Below are positions 8,652-17,919 of a stretch of DNA of 45,041 bases, piece after piece. Made by a program: the position numbers and the translations under genes. The first letter of the stretch is position 1; each line of letters begins with the position of its first letter. Source of the stretch: an uncultured Chthoniobacterales bacterium. Its GTDB lineage: Bacteria; Verrucomicrobiota; Verrucomicrobiia; Chthoniobacterales; SZAS-18. The notes under the pieces are model-generated. The model worked only from the letters and a program-made list of their open reading frames with translations, was not told the DNA's origin and searched no databases. The DNA is taken from positions 1,253-46,293 of the forward strand of contig CAXTMD010000002.1 of NCBI GenBank assembly GCA_964245035.1, in the 5' to 3' direction.

Positions 8652-9605
8652 TCAGCGGCTGACCGAAAGCTCCTCGCCGTCCGCGGCCAGCAGCGTGAGT
8701 CGGCCCGAGCGCAAGTCGCAACGATAGAGTCGCTCTTTCATGTCCAGACCATCGCCGCTGCGGCGCGGCCGCACATCCCGCGCGTGGACCCCGGACAGGA
8801 ACACCGACGCGCCATCCGCGCCGACGTAGAAGCTGAAGACGGTGAACCGCTCCGGTGTCACCCGCCTTGCCTTGCCGCCGAGGAAGTCCGCGATCACCAG
8901 GTAGTAGGGAGAAGTCGACAAGAGCGCCAGGTCGGGGAGTTCCTTCTCGTCGGCCGAATGTACGTAAATCACCTGCCGGCCATCCGCCGAAACCGTGAAC
9001 CGCGTCTCGCTGCCGGCGCTCAGGTCGTCGGTAAACTGCCCGACCGGGCGCGTCCAAGCCAACCCGCCCGTGTCCGGGTCCAGTTGGACGGCCACTTGAC
9101 CATCGTGCGCCAGGACCGCGCCGTCGTGCAGGTTCCAGCCGGCCAGGAAGTATCCTCGATCGTGGTTGGGCAGCTTGTCGGTCAACCGGTGAAACGCACC
9201 GCCGTCGGGATGGGCGACGGCCACCTGCCAGCCGGCATCGCCCAGCGCGTTGTAGGCGATCCAGGCGTCGTCCGGCGACCAGAGGGCCGCGAACACCTGC
9301 CGGCGGGTGTCGTTGGGCAGGTCGGTCTCCCGGCCGCTGGCGAGATCGCGGACCACGATCGTGCGCGTGGCGTTGATGCCTGGCGCGCCGTCGTCGCGGG
9401 TGTAAGCCACGCAGCGGCCGTCGTGCGAGATGCAGGGACTGCCGCCCGCGCAGACCGGGCGTTGGTCCCGCCCGTCAGCGGCGCGAGCCGTGTAAATCAT
9501 CCGGCCTTTGACGTAGGCCAGCCGCGGCTCGGCGCGGGCAGCCGGGGCGGCGAGCAGGCCGATGGCTAGCAGCCAAAGCCAGTGGTGCGGGGCACGCCGA
9601 CGCAT
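8652..9605 (-). CDS. Exported TolB-like/PD40 beta-propeller protein
   Basis: Signal peptide; repeats 'SPCISHDGRCVAY', 'WSPDDAWIAY', 'VSADGRQVIY'. Confidence 0.75.
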   Translation of the reverse strand: MRRRAPHHWLWLLAIGLLAAPAARAEPRLAYVKGRMIYTARAADGRDQRPVCAGGSPCISHDGRCVAYTRDDGAPGINATRTIVVRDLASGRETDLPNDTRRQVFAALWSPDDAWIAYNALGDAGWQVAVAHPDGGAFHRLTDKLPNHDRGYFLAGWNLHDGAVLAHDGQVAVQLDPDTGGLAWTRPVGQFTDDLSAGSETRFTVSADGRQVIYVHSADEKELPDLALLSTSPYYLVIADFLGGKARRVTPERFTVFSFYVGADGASVFLSGVHARDVRPRRSGDGLDMKERLYRCDLRSGRLTLLAADGEELSVSR

Positions 9606-9647
9606 GAAGACGGGAATTATGGGTCGATGGAAGATAGGTTGTCCTGC

Positions 9648-10208
9648 CTACCGGAAGTGCGCGGCTTGGATCTCCGGTTCCGGGGAACGCGCCGCGCGGC
9701 TGAACTCCTCCGAGTATTGCAAGCCATCCCGCTGGCTGTCGCGGAAGCGGTCGCTGCCGAGTGGCGCGGGTTTGCCGTCGGCGTCGATCCAGGCAATCAG
9801 CGCGCCGTCACGGAAGTAGCCGCGGCTCTCCTCGGTGCGGACGACTTTACCGAACAACCCGTCGTAACGGGCATCCCTCCGGTAGAGGAAAATCAACCGG
9901 CCGTCGTAGTAGTAATATTCCTCGGCGGTCCGGTAAGTTTCTCCGTAGAAGGTCAGCTCCAGCTTGGCGAGCGCGTCCCCGTCGAAAAAAGCCGTCATCT
10001 CGCCACCTTCCAGCGAATAGCCCCAAAGTTCCTTTTTGACCCGGCGGCACTTGGCTGTCCGGGCGTTGATCTGCGCGTAGCGCTGGCGGATGGCGCGGAC
10101 GGCAATGTCCTCCGCCGGACCTGCGGCCAAACCGCTCACCTGTACGCACAGCAGCAACAGCATCACCGCGAGGATCCCAGGAATTTGCTTGGTTCGTGGC
10201 GGCAGCAC
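9648..10208 (-). CDS. Exported hypothetical protein
   Basis: Signal-like N-terminus; aromatic-rich beta-strand pattern 'EEYYYYDGRLIFLY...YFRDGALIAW'. The start is uncertain. Confidence 0.7.
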   Translation of the reverse strand: MLPPRTKQIPGILAVMLLLLCVQVSGLAAGPAEDIAVRAIRQRYAQINARTAKCRRVKKELWGYSLEGGEMTAFFDGDALAKLELTFYGETYRTAEEYYYYDGRLIFLYRRDARYDGLFGKVVRTEESRGYFRDGALIAWIDADGKPAPLGSDRFRDSQRDGLQYSEEFSRAARSPEPEIQAAHFR

Positions 10209-10345
10209 GTGAAAACAAGGAAGCTAACACAGCAGACGGCAGTCTCCTACACCTAGGCCAAGGATGCCATCGTCTATGGTACGGGCAAGCGATCTGCGCG
10301 TCAGCTATTTAGAGCGTTGCTGATGTGGGCAAGCCGCGCCGCAAT

Positions 10346-10471
10346 GATTGTAGGGCGGGCGCCCCGCCTGCCGCGTTTCGGGACGTGGCTTGGGCACAGA
10401 CCAGAAGAGGAGGCGTGCAAGAAACCTGCGGCTTCCCAAAACGCGGCAGGCGGGGCGCCCGCCCTACAATC
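10346..10471. repeat. REPIN-like element, family A (inverted GTAG REP pair)
   Basis: 33-bp perfect terminal inverted repeat GATTGTAGGGCGGGCGCCCCGCCTGCCGCGTTT; each arm is GTAG plus a short hairpin; a second copy lies at about 35198. Confidence 0.85.
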
Positions 10472-10516
10472 CGGAAGACTCGCCCAGCCAGACGTTGCTT
10501 CGGTCCACGCAGCGGA

Positions 10517-10909
10517 TCACTCCGGCAGGTCAAGCAGCCTTTCGAGCGTCTGCACGGCGGCCGAACGAGTGGCGCACAACGCCAGGGCGATCCTCCCGGC
10601 GGCGTCGCGCTGCTCCTGGTGGCCAAGGCCGCCGCCTTTTTCCGTCTTGAAGACCATCTCCGCGGCACTGTAGCTCTCCCAGTCCGCGGGACGCCTGACG
10701 AGGTCGAGCGCCAGAGCTTGTTTGATGGCCTGGACCCTGGTGGGATCGGTCGTGCAGGCAACCAGGAGCGTGCGCATGCCGGCCGGCGAGTTCAAGGCCC
10801 GGAAAGCGAGGCCGTCGGCAGCGTCCAACGCTTCTTGGCGCAGAGTCTCCAGGAAGGTGTCGCCCCACTTGGCCCAGATGATCGGTGCGATGGCGGTGAA
10901 CGTTTGCAT
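10517..10909 (-). CDS. Hypothetical protein with an internal two-fold repeat (130 aa)
   Basis: Non-overlapping ORF; 'TLLVACTTDPTRVQAIKQALAL' resembles 'IALALCATRSAAVQTLERLLDL'. Confidence 0.65.
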   Translation of the reverse strand: MQTFTAIAPIIWAKWGDTFLETLRQEALDAADGLAFRALNSPAGMRTLLVACTTDPTRVQAIKQALALDLVRRPADWESYSAAEMVFKTEKGGGLGHQEQRDAAGRIALALCATRSAAVQTLERLLDLPE

Positions 10910-11070
10910 GATCGGGGATGTGCGCGGCAGTTTGCCTCCCCTGCCTCTTTCGCGGCTGACAACCATCCGTCAACTACCAGATCCAAGACAAGCAAGACGA
11001 CGCACCGAGAAAAACTTGCGCGATCCCTCCAACGGCTCACCTTGGGTCTAAATCAGAAAGGTTTTTTGCA

Positions 11071-13533
11071 ATGCCCATGCCCAACGACGTTTCCGCCTCC
11101 CCCGCCCCCGGCGCGCCGGGAACCGAACCTCTCTGGAGCCGTTCGGCCAAGGACGGTGTCGGCACGGCTTACCACACGGGCTGCCGGGTGTGGTTTACCC
11201 TCGCGCGCGGCATCATCACGGAGGTGTACTGCCCCACGGTAGACACGCCCAACACGCGTGACCTGCAGTTCCTCGTCACCGACGGCGAGACGTTCGTCCA
11301 TGAGGAAAAGCGGGACTTCCAGCACGGCACCGAGATCGTCGAACCAGGCACGTTGCTCTACCGGATCACCAACACCGCGCCGGAGGGCCGCTACCGGCTC
11401 ATCAAGGAGGTGCTGACCGACCCGCACTCTTCCGTGCTGCTCATGCGCGTGCGCCTGGAGATCGCCGACGCGAGCCTGCGCGGCAAGCTGCGGCTCTTTG
11501 CCCTGCTCACCCCGCACCTCGGCGGCCACGGGGCCGACAACCTCGCGGAATGGCTCGACTTGGGTGAGCGCACGCTTTTGCGCGCCCAACGCGAGGATTT
11601 CCACCTCGTCTTCGGCAGCGACCGCGGCTTTGCGCGGCGCTCGGCCGGTTACGTGGGCACCTCCGACGGCTGGCAGGATCTGCACCGCGGCGACTTCCAA
11701 ATGAAATGGCAGTACCGGCAGGCTGGCCCGGGCTCGCTCGCGCTCATGGGCGAGGTTAATCTGGGCGGCACCGACGAACAGGAAGGCAACGACCCGCCCC
11801 CGAACGGCGGCGACGGTGCGGAGTTTACCCTGGGGCTGGCCTTCGGCGACAGCGCCGTGTCGGCCGCCGCCAAGCTCTTGCAATCCTTTGCCACCCCCTT
11901 TGACCGGCACCGCGAAACCTACGTCGCCCAGTGGCGGCGCGCGGCGGTCGACCCCGACGACGAGAAGAGCTTCGCCGCCCACACGGGCGATGGCGGCTCG
12001 CTCTTCCGCCTGAGCCACCGCGTGCTGTTGGCGCACGAAGATAAGAACTTCCAGGGCGCGCTCGTTGCCTCGCTTTCCACGCCCTGGGGCGAGAGCAAGA
12101 CCGACAAGGACGCGGGCGGCTACCATCTCGTCTGGACGCGTGATCTCGTGCAGAGCGCCAGCGCGCTGCTGGCCTGCGGCGAGATCGCCACGCCCCTGCG
12201 CGCCCTGCTCTGGCTGACGTGCATCCAAAAGCCGGACGGCTCGTTCCCGCAAAACTCCTGGATCGACGGCGCGCCGTACTGGGAGGGCATCCAGCTCGAC
12301 GAGATGGCCGCGCCGCTGCTGCTGGGCTGGCGGCTGTGGAAGGCCGCGCCCGACGAGTTCAACGGGGCGCGCTTCCGCCCGGTGCTCCAGCGGGCGTTTA
12401 CCTACCTGCTGGCGATGGGACCGGTGACCGCGCAGGACCGTTGGGAGGAAAACGCCGGCTACTCGCCCTCGACATTGGCCACGATCATCGCCGCGCTCTG
12501 CGCCGGGGCGGACCTCGCGCGGCAGTTCGGGCACGACGCGCGCGCGGATTTCGCGCTGGTGTACGCCGACTGGCTCAACGCACACGTCGAGGACTGGTGC
12601 GCGACCACGAAAGGCGACCTTGTTCCCGGCAAGGCGCGCCACTACATCCGCGTCACGCCCGCCGACCCCGAGCAACCCGACCCGCACCCGGACCCGGACA
12701 CGCTGGAGGTCCAACTCAAGAACGGTGCCGGCACGCACCCGGCGCGCAACGTCGTCGCGGGCGACTTCCTGCACCTGGTGCGGCTCGGGGTGCGGGCAGC
12801 GGACGATCCACTGGTGCGCGACTCGGTCGCCGTGTACGACGCGACGCTCCGGCGCGACCTGCCGGCCGGTCCTGGCTGGCGGCGCTATCCCTTCGATGGG
12901 TACGGGCAGAAGCCTGACGGCGGGCCTTTCGACGGCGCGGGGGAAGGCCGCTGCTGGCCGATCCTCACCGGGGAGCGCGGCCACTACGAACTCGCCGCCG
13001 GCCGCGACGCCACCTCCTTCGTCCGAACCATGGAGGGATTTGCCAACGCGACGGGCCTCTTGCCCGAACAGACTTGGGACGCTGCGGACCTACCCGACCA
13101 GCACCAGATTTTCGGCCGGCCCAGCGGCTCGGCGATGCCGTTGTGCTGGAGCCATGCGGAGTACATTTCACTCGTGCGCTCCGTGCGCGACGGTCGGGTG
13201 TTCGACCGCATCGAACCGGCGTTCCAACGCTACGTCGTGGAAGGCCGGCGTGACAGCTCACACGAAGTCTGGACCTTCCGGCACCGCACGCGCCGCGTTC
13301 CGGTCGGGCGCACGCTGCGCTTGCTGGTGAAGACTGCTGCCCGGGTCCGCTGGACAACGGACAACTGGACGCACGCTGACGAGTCGGACACCACCGCGTC
13401 CGAGTTCACGAACCTGCACTTTCTCGACGTGTCCACGGGTGACTTGGCGCAGGGCACATCGGTAGATTGGACGTTCTTCTGGAAGGACGCCAATCGTTGG
13501 GAGGGCGAAGACTTCCGTGCGGAGATCGTCTGA
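11071..13533 (+). CDS. GH15 glucoamylase/glucan 1,4-alpha-glucosidase with a glucodextranase-type N-terminal domain
   Basis: 'APGAPG..W..SAKDGVGTA', 'GALVASLSTPWG', 'YHLVWTRD', catalytic 'QDRWEE' and 'LPEQ', 'SAMPLCWSHAEY'; no signal peptide; start at 11071 or 11077. Confidence 0.92.
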   Translation: MPMPNDVSASPAPGAPGTEPLWSRSAKDGVGTAYHTGCRVWFTLARGIITEVYCPTVDTPNTRDLQFLVTDGETFVHEEKRDFQHGTEIVEPGTLLYRITNTAPEGRYRLIKEVLTDPHSSVLLMRVRLEIADASLRGKLRLFALLTPHLGGHGADNLAEWLDLGERTLLRAQREDFHLVFGSDRGFARRSAGYVGTSDGWQDLHRGDFQMKWQYRQAGPGSLALMGEVNLGGTDEQEGNDPPPNGGDGAEFTLGLAFGDSAVSAAAKLLQSFATPFDRHRETYVAQWRRAAVDPDDEKSFAAHTGDGGSLFRLSHRVLLAHEDKNFQGALVASLSTPWGESKTDKDAGGYHLVWTRDLVQSASALLACGEIATPLRALLWLTCIQKPDGSFPQNSWIDGAPYWEGIQLDEMAAPLLLGWRLWKAAPDEFNGARFRPVLQRAFTYLLAMGPVTAQDRWEENAGYSPSTLATIIAALCAGADLARQFGHDARADFALVYADWLNAHVEDWCATTKGDLVPGKARHYIRVTPADPEQPDPHPDPDTLEVQLKNGAGTHPARNVVAGDFLHLVRLGVRAADDPLVRDSVAVYDATLRRDLPAGPGWRRYPFDGYGQKPDGGPFDGAGEGRCWPILTGERGHYELAAGRDATSFVRTMEGFANATGLLPEQTWDAADLPDQHQIFGRPSGSAMPLCWSHAEYISLVRSVRDGRVFDRIEPAFQRYVVEGRRDSSHEVWTFRHRTRRVPVGRTLRLLVKTAARVRWTTDNWTHADESDTTASEFTNLHFLDVSTGDLAQGTSVDWTFFWKDANRWEGEDFRAEIV

Positions 13534-13573
13534 GTCCCTCTGACTACGACGGACGAAGTGTCATCACACAACA

Positions 13574-13601
13574 GGGCGGCACGTCTTGGGACGTACCGCC
13601 C
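13574..13601. terminator. Hairpin between the convergent glucoamylase and mmsB genes
   Basis: GGGCGGcACGTC-TTGG-GACGTaCCGCCC; weak U-tail. Confidence 0.45.
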
Positions 13602-13679
13602 ATGCCTGCCGCGGCAACCTTGTGGCTAAGTCGCCTGTGTCCGGCGTACTCGACACGGCTTTGCAGCCGCCACCGAGAA

Positions 13680-14894
13680 TCACACCTTGTTCTTGTTGTA
13701 CACGTCAAACACCACTGCGGCCAGCAGCACCAACCCTTTGATGATTTGCTGCCAGTCGATGCCGACGCCCATAATGGACATGCCGTTGTTCATCACACCC
13801 ATGATGAAGGCGCCCACGACGGCGCCCAGCACCTTACCGACTCCACCCGAGGCGGAGGCTCCACCGATGAACACTGCCGCGATCACGTCGAGTTCAAAGC
13901 CCACTCCACCCTTAGGCGTCGCGTCGTTGAGGCGCGCCACAAAGATCAAGCCGCCGAGAGCCGCCAGTGCCCCCATCGTGATGAACGTCAGGAACGTCAA
14001 TCTCTCCGTGTTGATACCCGATAGTTTTGCCGCTTTGGCGTTGCCGCCGAGGGCGTAGATGCGCCGGCCAACGGTCGTCCGAATCGTCAGGAAATTAAAG
14101 AATGCGATCAGCACGCCCATGACGATCAAGACGTTCGGCAAGCCGCGGTAAGACGCCAGCAGGTAGGAGAGATACAAGACCAAGCCTGCCACAACCACTT
14201 GTTCAATCACAAAGATGATCAGCGGACCACCTTGGTACCCATTTCTCTGCCGCGATAACCTGCGACGCAGAGCACCATAAAACATTGTCCCTGCCACGAA
14301 GATACCAATCAGCATCGACAAAACATGGAACGAACCAGCCTGCAAGAGCCCCGGGATAAATCCGGAACTTAGCAACTGGAAACCCGCGGGAAACGGTCCG
14401 ACGGACTCACCACCCAGAAGGTTTAGCGTCATGCCGCGGAAGACAAGCATGCCTGCCAATGTGACGATGAACGAAGGAATCTTTAAGTACGCGATCCAGT
14501 ACCCCTGCGCGGCACCAATGAGTCCGCCGGCGATCAGGCAGAGTACGGAAGCAACCACAAAGTTCATGCCGTGGTTGACCATGAGCACCGCAGCAAGAGC
14601 GCCGATGTAGCCCGCCACTGAGCCCACCGACAGGTCGATGTGGCCTGCCACGATGACGAGGAGCATCCCCAAAGCCATCACCACGATGTAGCTGTTTTGC
14701 AGCACCAGGTTGGTGAGGTTCAATGGTCTGAACAACGTGCCGTTCGTCAGGATCTGGAAGAGCACCATGATCACGACTAGCGCGATCATCAATCCATACT
14801 CTCGAATGTTGCTCTTGGTGCTGAAGCTGACGGGTTTGGGGGCCACGACGGGCGTGGTAGTTTCGGGCGCGGCGGGGGGGGCAGCGGTGATCAT
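13680..14894 (-). CDS. mmsB: Multiple-monosaccharide ABC permease (MmsB/GguB)
   Basis: 'NLTNLVLQNSYIVVMALGMLLVIVAGHIDLSVGS', 'GFELDVIAAVFIGGASASGG', C-terminal 'FDVYNKNK'. Confidence 0.92.
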   Translation of the reverse strand: MITAAPPAAPETTTPVVAPKPVSFSTKSNIREYGLMIALVVIMVLFQILTNGTLFRPLNLTNLVLQNSYIVVMALGMLLVIVAGHIDLSVGSVAGYIGALAAVLMVNHGMNFVVASVLCLIAGGLIGAAQGYWIAYLKIPSFIVTLAGMLVFRGMTLNLLGGESVGPFPAGFQLLSSGFIPGLLQAGSFHVLSMLIGIFVAGTMFYGALRRRLSRQRNGYQGGPLIIFVIEQVVVAGLVLYLSYLLASYRGLPNVLIVMGVLIAFFNFLTIRTTVGRRIYALGGNAKAAKLSGINTERLTFLTFITMGALAALGGLIFVARLNDATPKGGVGFELDVIAAVFIGGASASGGVGKVLGAVVGAFIMGVMNNGMSIMGVGIDWQQIIKGLVLLAAVVFDVYNKNKV

Positions 14895-14896
14895 GG

Positions 14897-16423
14897 TTAT
14901 TTGCTTTTGTTGCGGATGATAGCGCGCATGATCTTCTCCTGAGACGCCTCTTTGGCGGGCATCTCATCGACGATCCTGCCTTCGTTCATGACATAGATTC
15001 GGTCGCAGATGCCCAGCAGTTCCGGCATCTCCGAGGAGATCACCAGCACCCCCTTCCCCGCTTCTGCGAGTTGGTTGATGATGGTGTAAATTTCGTACTT
15101 GGCTCCCACGTCGATGCCGCGCGTCGGCTCATCGAGGATCAGGATCTCCGGATTGGTGAACAACCATTTGCTCAGGACGACCTTCTGCTGGTTCCCTCCG
15201 CTGAGATTGCCGGTCTGCTGGTAAACGGTCGAACAGCGAATGTTCGTCTTGTTCCGGTAATCGTTAGCCACGTCCAGTTCGTGCAGATCGTTGATCACCC
15301 CAGCTTGCGAGACTCCCTGCAGATTGGTCAGCGTGATGTTGTGCTTGATGTGGTCGATCAGATTGAGCCCATACGTCTTGCGATCCTCGGTGACGTACGC
15401 CAACCCGTTCTGGACCGCCTTTGTAATGTTGCTCACGTCGGCCTTTTTGCCGTGGATCAACACCTCGCCGGTGATCCGCTGACCATAAGCCTTGCCAAAG
15501 ACGCTCATGGCAAACTCCGTTCGTCCCGAACCCATGAGCCCCGCGATGCCGACGATCTCACCCGCACGCACATGAAGGTCAATGCCCCGGATCATCTGCC
15601 GATCCGATTGCAGAGGGTGGTAAACCGACCAATCCTTCACCTCAAAAATCGTGTCGGCCACGTGCGGTTCGCGCTTGGGATAGCGGTCCTTCAACTCACG
15701 GCCGACCATGCTCTTGACGATCCGATCCTCGCTGATCTCTGGCGTGTCGAGGGTCTCAATCGTGGTGCCGTCGCGGATGATTGTGATCTGGTCGGCAACC
15801 TTTTTGATTTCGTTCAGCTTATGCGAAATGATGATGCAGGTAATCCCCTGCGATTTGAACTCAAGGAGCAAGGCGAGCAGTTTCTCGCTGTCGTTCTCGT
15901 TGAGGCTCGCCGTGGGTTCGTCGAGGATGAGCAGCTTGACCTGCTTGGAAAGCGCCTTCGCAATCTCGATGAGCTGCTGCTTGCCGGTTCCCAGGTTCAT
16001 CACCAGGGTCTCCGGCGACTCGTGTAAGCCGACCTTCTCCAAAACGACTTTTGACTTCCGTTCGGCTTCACTCCAGTCGATGACCCCGAGCTTCGCCGTC
16101 TCGTTGCCCAGAAAGATATTCTCCTGAATCGAGAGCAGCGGAACGAGCGCCAACTCTTGGTGGATGATGATAATGCCTTGGGACTCGCTGTCCGCGATGT
16201 CACGAAAGTGGCGCTCTTGCCCCTCGTACAGGATCTCGCCCTCGTAGCTGCCGTACGGGTAGACCCCGCTCAGCACCTTCATCAAGGTCGATTTGCCCGC
16301 GCCATTCTCGCCGCAGATCGCGTGGATGTCCCCGCGCCGCACCGTCAGGTTGACGTTGTCCAATGCCTTGACGCCCGGAAACGTCTTGGTAATGGCCCGC
16401 ATCTGCAAAATGATGTCTGACAT
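14897..16423 (-). CDS. mmsA: Multiple-monosaccharide ABC ATPase (MmsA/GguA)
   Basis: GENGAGKST, '[12 protein letters not shown]', [16 protein letters not shown]; start at MSDIILQM. Confidence 0.93.
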   Translation of the reverse strand: MSDIILQMRAITKTFPGVKALDNVNLTVRRGDIHAICGENGAGKSTLMKVLSGVYPYGSYEGEILYEGQERHFRDIADSESQGIIIIHQELALVPLLSIQENIFLGNETAKLGVIDWSEAERKSKVVLEKVGLHESPETLVMNLGTGKQQLIEIAKALSKQVKLLILDEPTASLNENDSEKLLALLLEFKSQGITCIIISHKLNEIKKVADQITIIRDGTTIETLDTPEISEDRIVKSMVGRELKDRYPKREPHVADTIFEVKDWSVYHPLQSDRQMIRGIDLHVRAGEIVGIAGLMGSGRTEFAMSVFGKAYGQRITGEVLIHGKKADVSNITKAVQNGLAYVTEDRKTYGLNLIDHIKHNITLTNLQGVSQAGVINDLHELDVANDYRNKTNIRCSTVYQQTGNLSGGNQQKVVLSKWLFTNPEILILDEPTRGIDVGAKYEIYTIINQLAEAGKGVLVISSEMPELLGICDRIYVMNEGRIVDEMPAKEASQEKIMRAIIRNKSK

Positions 16424-16465
16424 CTTAAAAAGGGGGTAAGATGCACCGCAAGACTGCCCGACCGC

Positions 16466-16498
16466 ACGAACCCGGCACTTTTTAGGTGCCGGGTTCGT
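16466..16498. terminator. Intercistronic 13-bp hairpin after chvE
   Basis: ACGAACCCGGCAC-TTTTTAG-GTGCCGGGTTCGT. Confidence 0.65.
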
Positions 16499-16510
16499 TC
16501 CCAAACATCC

Positions 16511-17578
16511 TTACTGTAGTTGCTCTGCCTTGTAGTAGCCAGAATCAACCAGCAACTGCTTGTAATTATCCTTGGTTACCAGCACCGGCTTGAGGAGGTA
16601 GGAGGGCACCACCTTGACACCATTGTTGTAAGTCTTGGTGTCGTTGACCTCTGGTTCTTTTCCTTTCAGGGTGGCGTCGACCATGTTGGCAGCCACCTTG
16701 GCCAACTCGCGCGTGTCCTTGAAGATCGTGGAATACTGCTCGCCGGCAACGATGGACTTGATCGAAGGAATCTCGCAATCCTGACCGGAGACAATCGGCA
16801 TCGGCATGTCCGACTTGCCGTAGCCCACGCCCTTGAGCGAGGAAAGGATGCCGATGCTCAGACCATCGTAGGGCGAGAGGACCGCATCCAAGCGCTTGTT
16901 CGTGTAAAAGGCCGAAAGGATGTTGTCCATGCGGGATTGGGCGGTCGCCGGGTCCCACCGCAGCGTGCCCACGGTCTTCATACCAAGCTGGCCGCTCTGC
17001 ACCACCAGCTTCTTGCTGTCGATGTACGGCTGCAAGACCGACATCGCGCCGTCGTAAAAGAAGAACGCGTTGTTGTCGTCGGGAGAGCCACCGAACAACT
17101 CGATGTTGAACGGCCCCTTGCCGTCTTTGACCCCAAGCTTGTCCACGATGGACTGCGCCTGCAGCACACCGACCTGGAAGTTGTCGAAGGTCGCGTAGTA
17201 ATCCACGTTCGGCGAGCCTTTGATCAGACGGTCATAAGCGATGACCTTGATCTTGGCGTCGGCAGCAGATTGCAGAACCTTGGACAAGGTCGTGCCATCG
17301 ATGGAGGCAATCACGAGAGCATTGACCCCCTTCGTGACCATGTTCTCGATCTGCGACAGCTGGTTCGGGATGTCGTCGTCGGCGTATTGCAGATCTGCCT
17401 GGTAGCCTTCGTCCTGAACCGCTTTGACCATGTTGTTGCCGTCGGCGATCCAGCGCAGCGAGGATTTCGTGGGCATCGCGATGCCGACCTTGTCCTTCTT
17501 GCCTCCGGAGCCGCAACTGCTCAGCCACAGAGGAGAGGCCAAGAGGACCGCTGCGAGACCTAGTTTCGTTATTTTCAT
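16511..17578 (-). CDS. chvE: Multiple-sugar-binding protein ChvE (lipoprotein form)
   Basis: '[16 protein letters not shown]', '[11 protein letters not shown]', '[10 protein letters not shown]', '[16 protein letters not shown]'; lipobox LSSC. Confidence 0.93.
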   Translation of the reverse strand: MKITKLGLAAVLLASPLWLSSCGSGGKKDKVGIAMPTKSSLRWIADGNNMVKAVQDEGYQADLQYADDDIPNQLSQIENMVTKGVNALVIASIDGTTLSKVLQSAADAKIKVIAYDRLIKGSPNVDYYATFDNFQVGVLQAQSIVDKLGVKDGKGPFNIELFGGSPDDNNAFFFYDGAMSVLQPYIDSKKLVVQSGQLGMKTVGTLRWDPATAQSRMDNILSAFYTNKRLDAVLSPYDGLSIGILSSLKGVGYGKSDMPMPIVSGQDCEIPSIKSIVAGEQYSTIFKDTRELAKVAANMVDATLKGKEPEVNDTKTYNNGVKVVPSYLLKPVLVTKDNYKQLLVDSGYYKAEQLQ

Positions 17579-17857
17579 GTCTTGGGGGGAACGAGGGTGT
17601 TCTTATGTACTTGCAAGGTGCCGCGCAGGTTTTGACGACGCTCCTTGCCCAGCAGGAAGATTGTTGCGGTTCACCGCGGATTGCAATCAGGAATCGCGCA
17701 AATATTTCAGCGCAAACTGTGAGACACGGCACCCAGGGGAACGCGATGTTCGGCCGCCAAAAACACGCCGGGTAGACGGTGCGCCCAGCGCCGTTGAACT
17801 TCGTGGTCCGTCAACCCGGGCGGACCGCTGTTCGGCATCTTCTGCTGCCAACAAAGA

Positions 17858-17890
17858 AAGCGCCGCCATTTGCAAGAAATGGCGGCGCTT
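17858..17890 (-). terminator. Rho-independent terminator of the porin gene
   Basis: 14-bp stem AAGCGCCGCCATTT/AAATGGCGGCGCTT with a T-rich tail on the minus strand. Confidence 0.75.
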
Positions 17891-17919
17891 CTGTTCAGAC
17901 CAAAAGTGGTCCGGTAAGG

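Noticed and set aside
10235-10252. Possible lone GTAG REP remnant (GTAGGAGACTGCCG on the minus strand)
   Set aside because: No convincing hairpin and no match to family A or B.
11053-12984. 643-aa minus-strand ORF
   Set aside because: Antisense shadow of the glucoamylase gene in high-GC DNA; no recognisable motifs.
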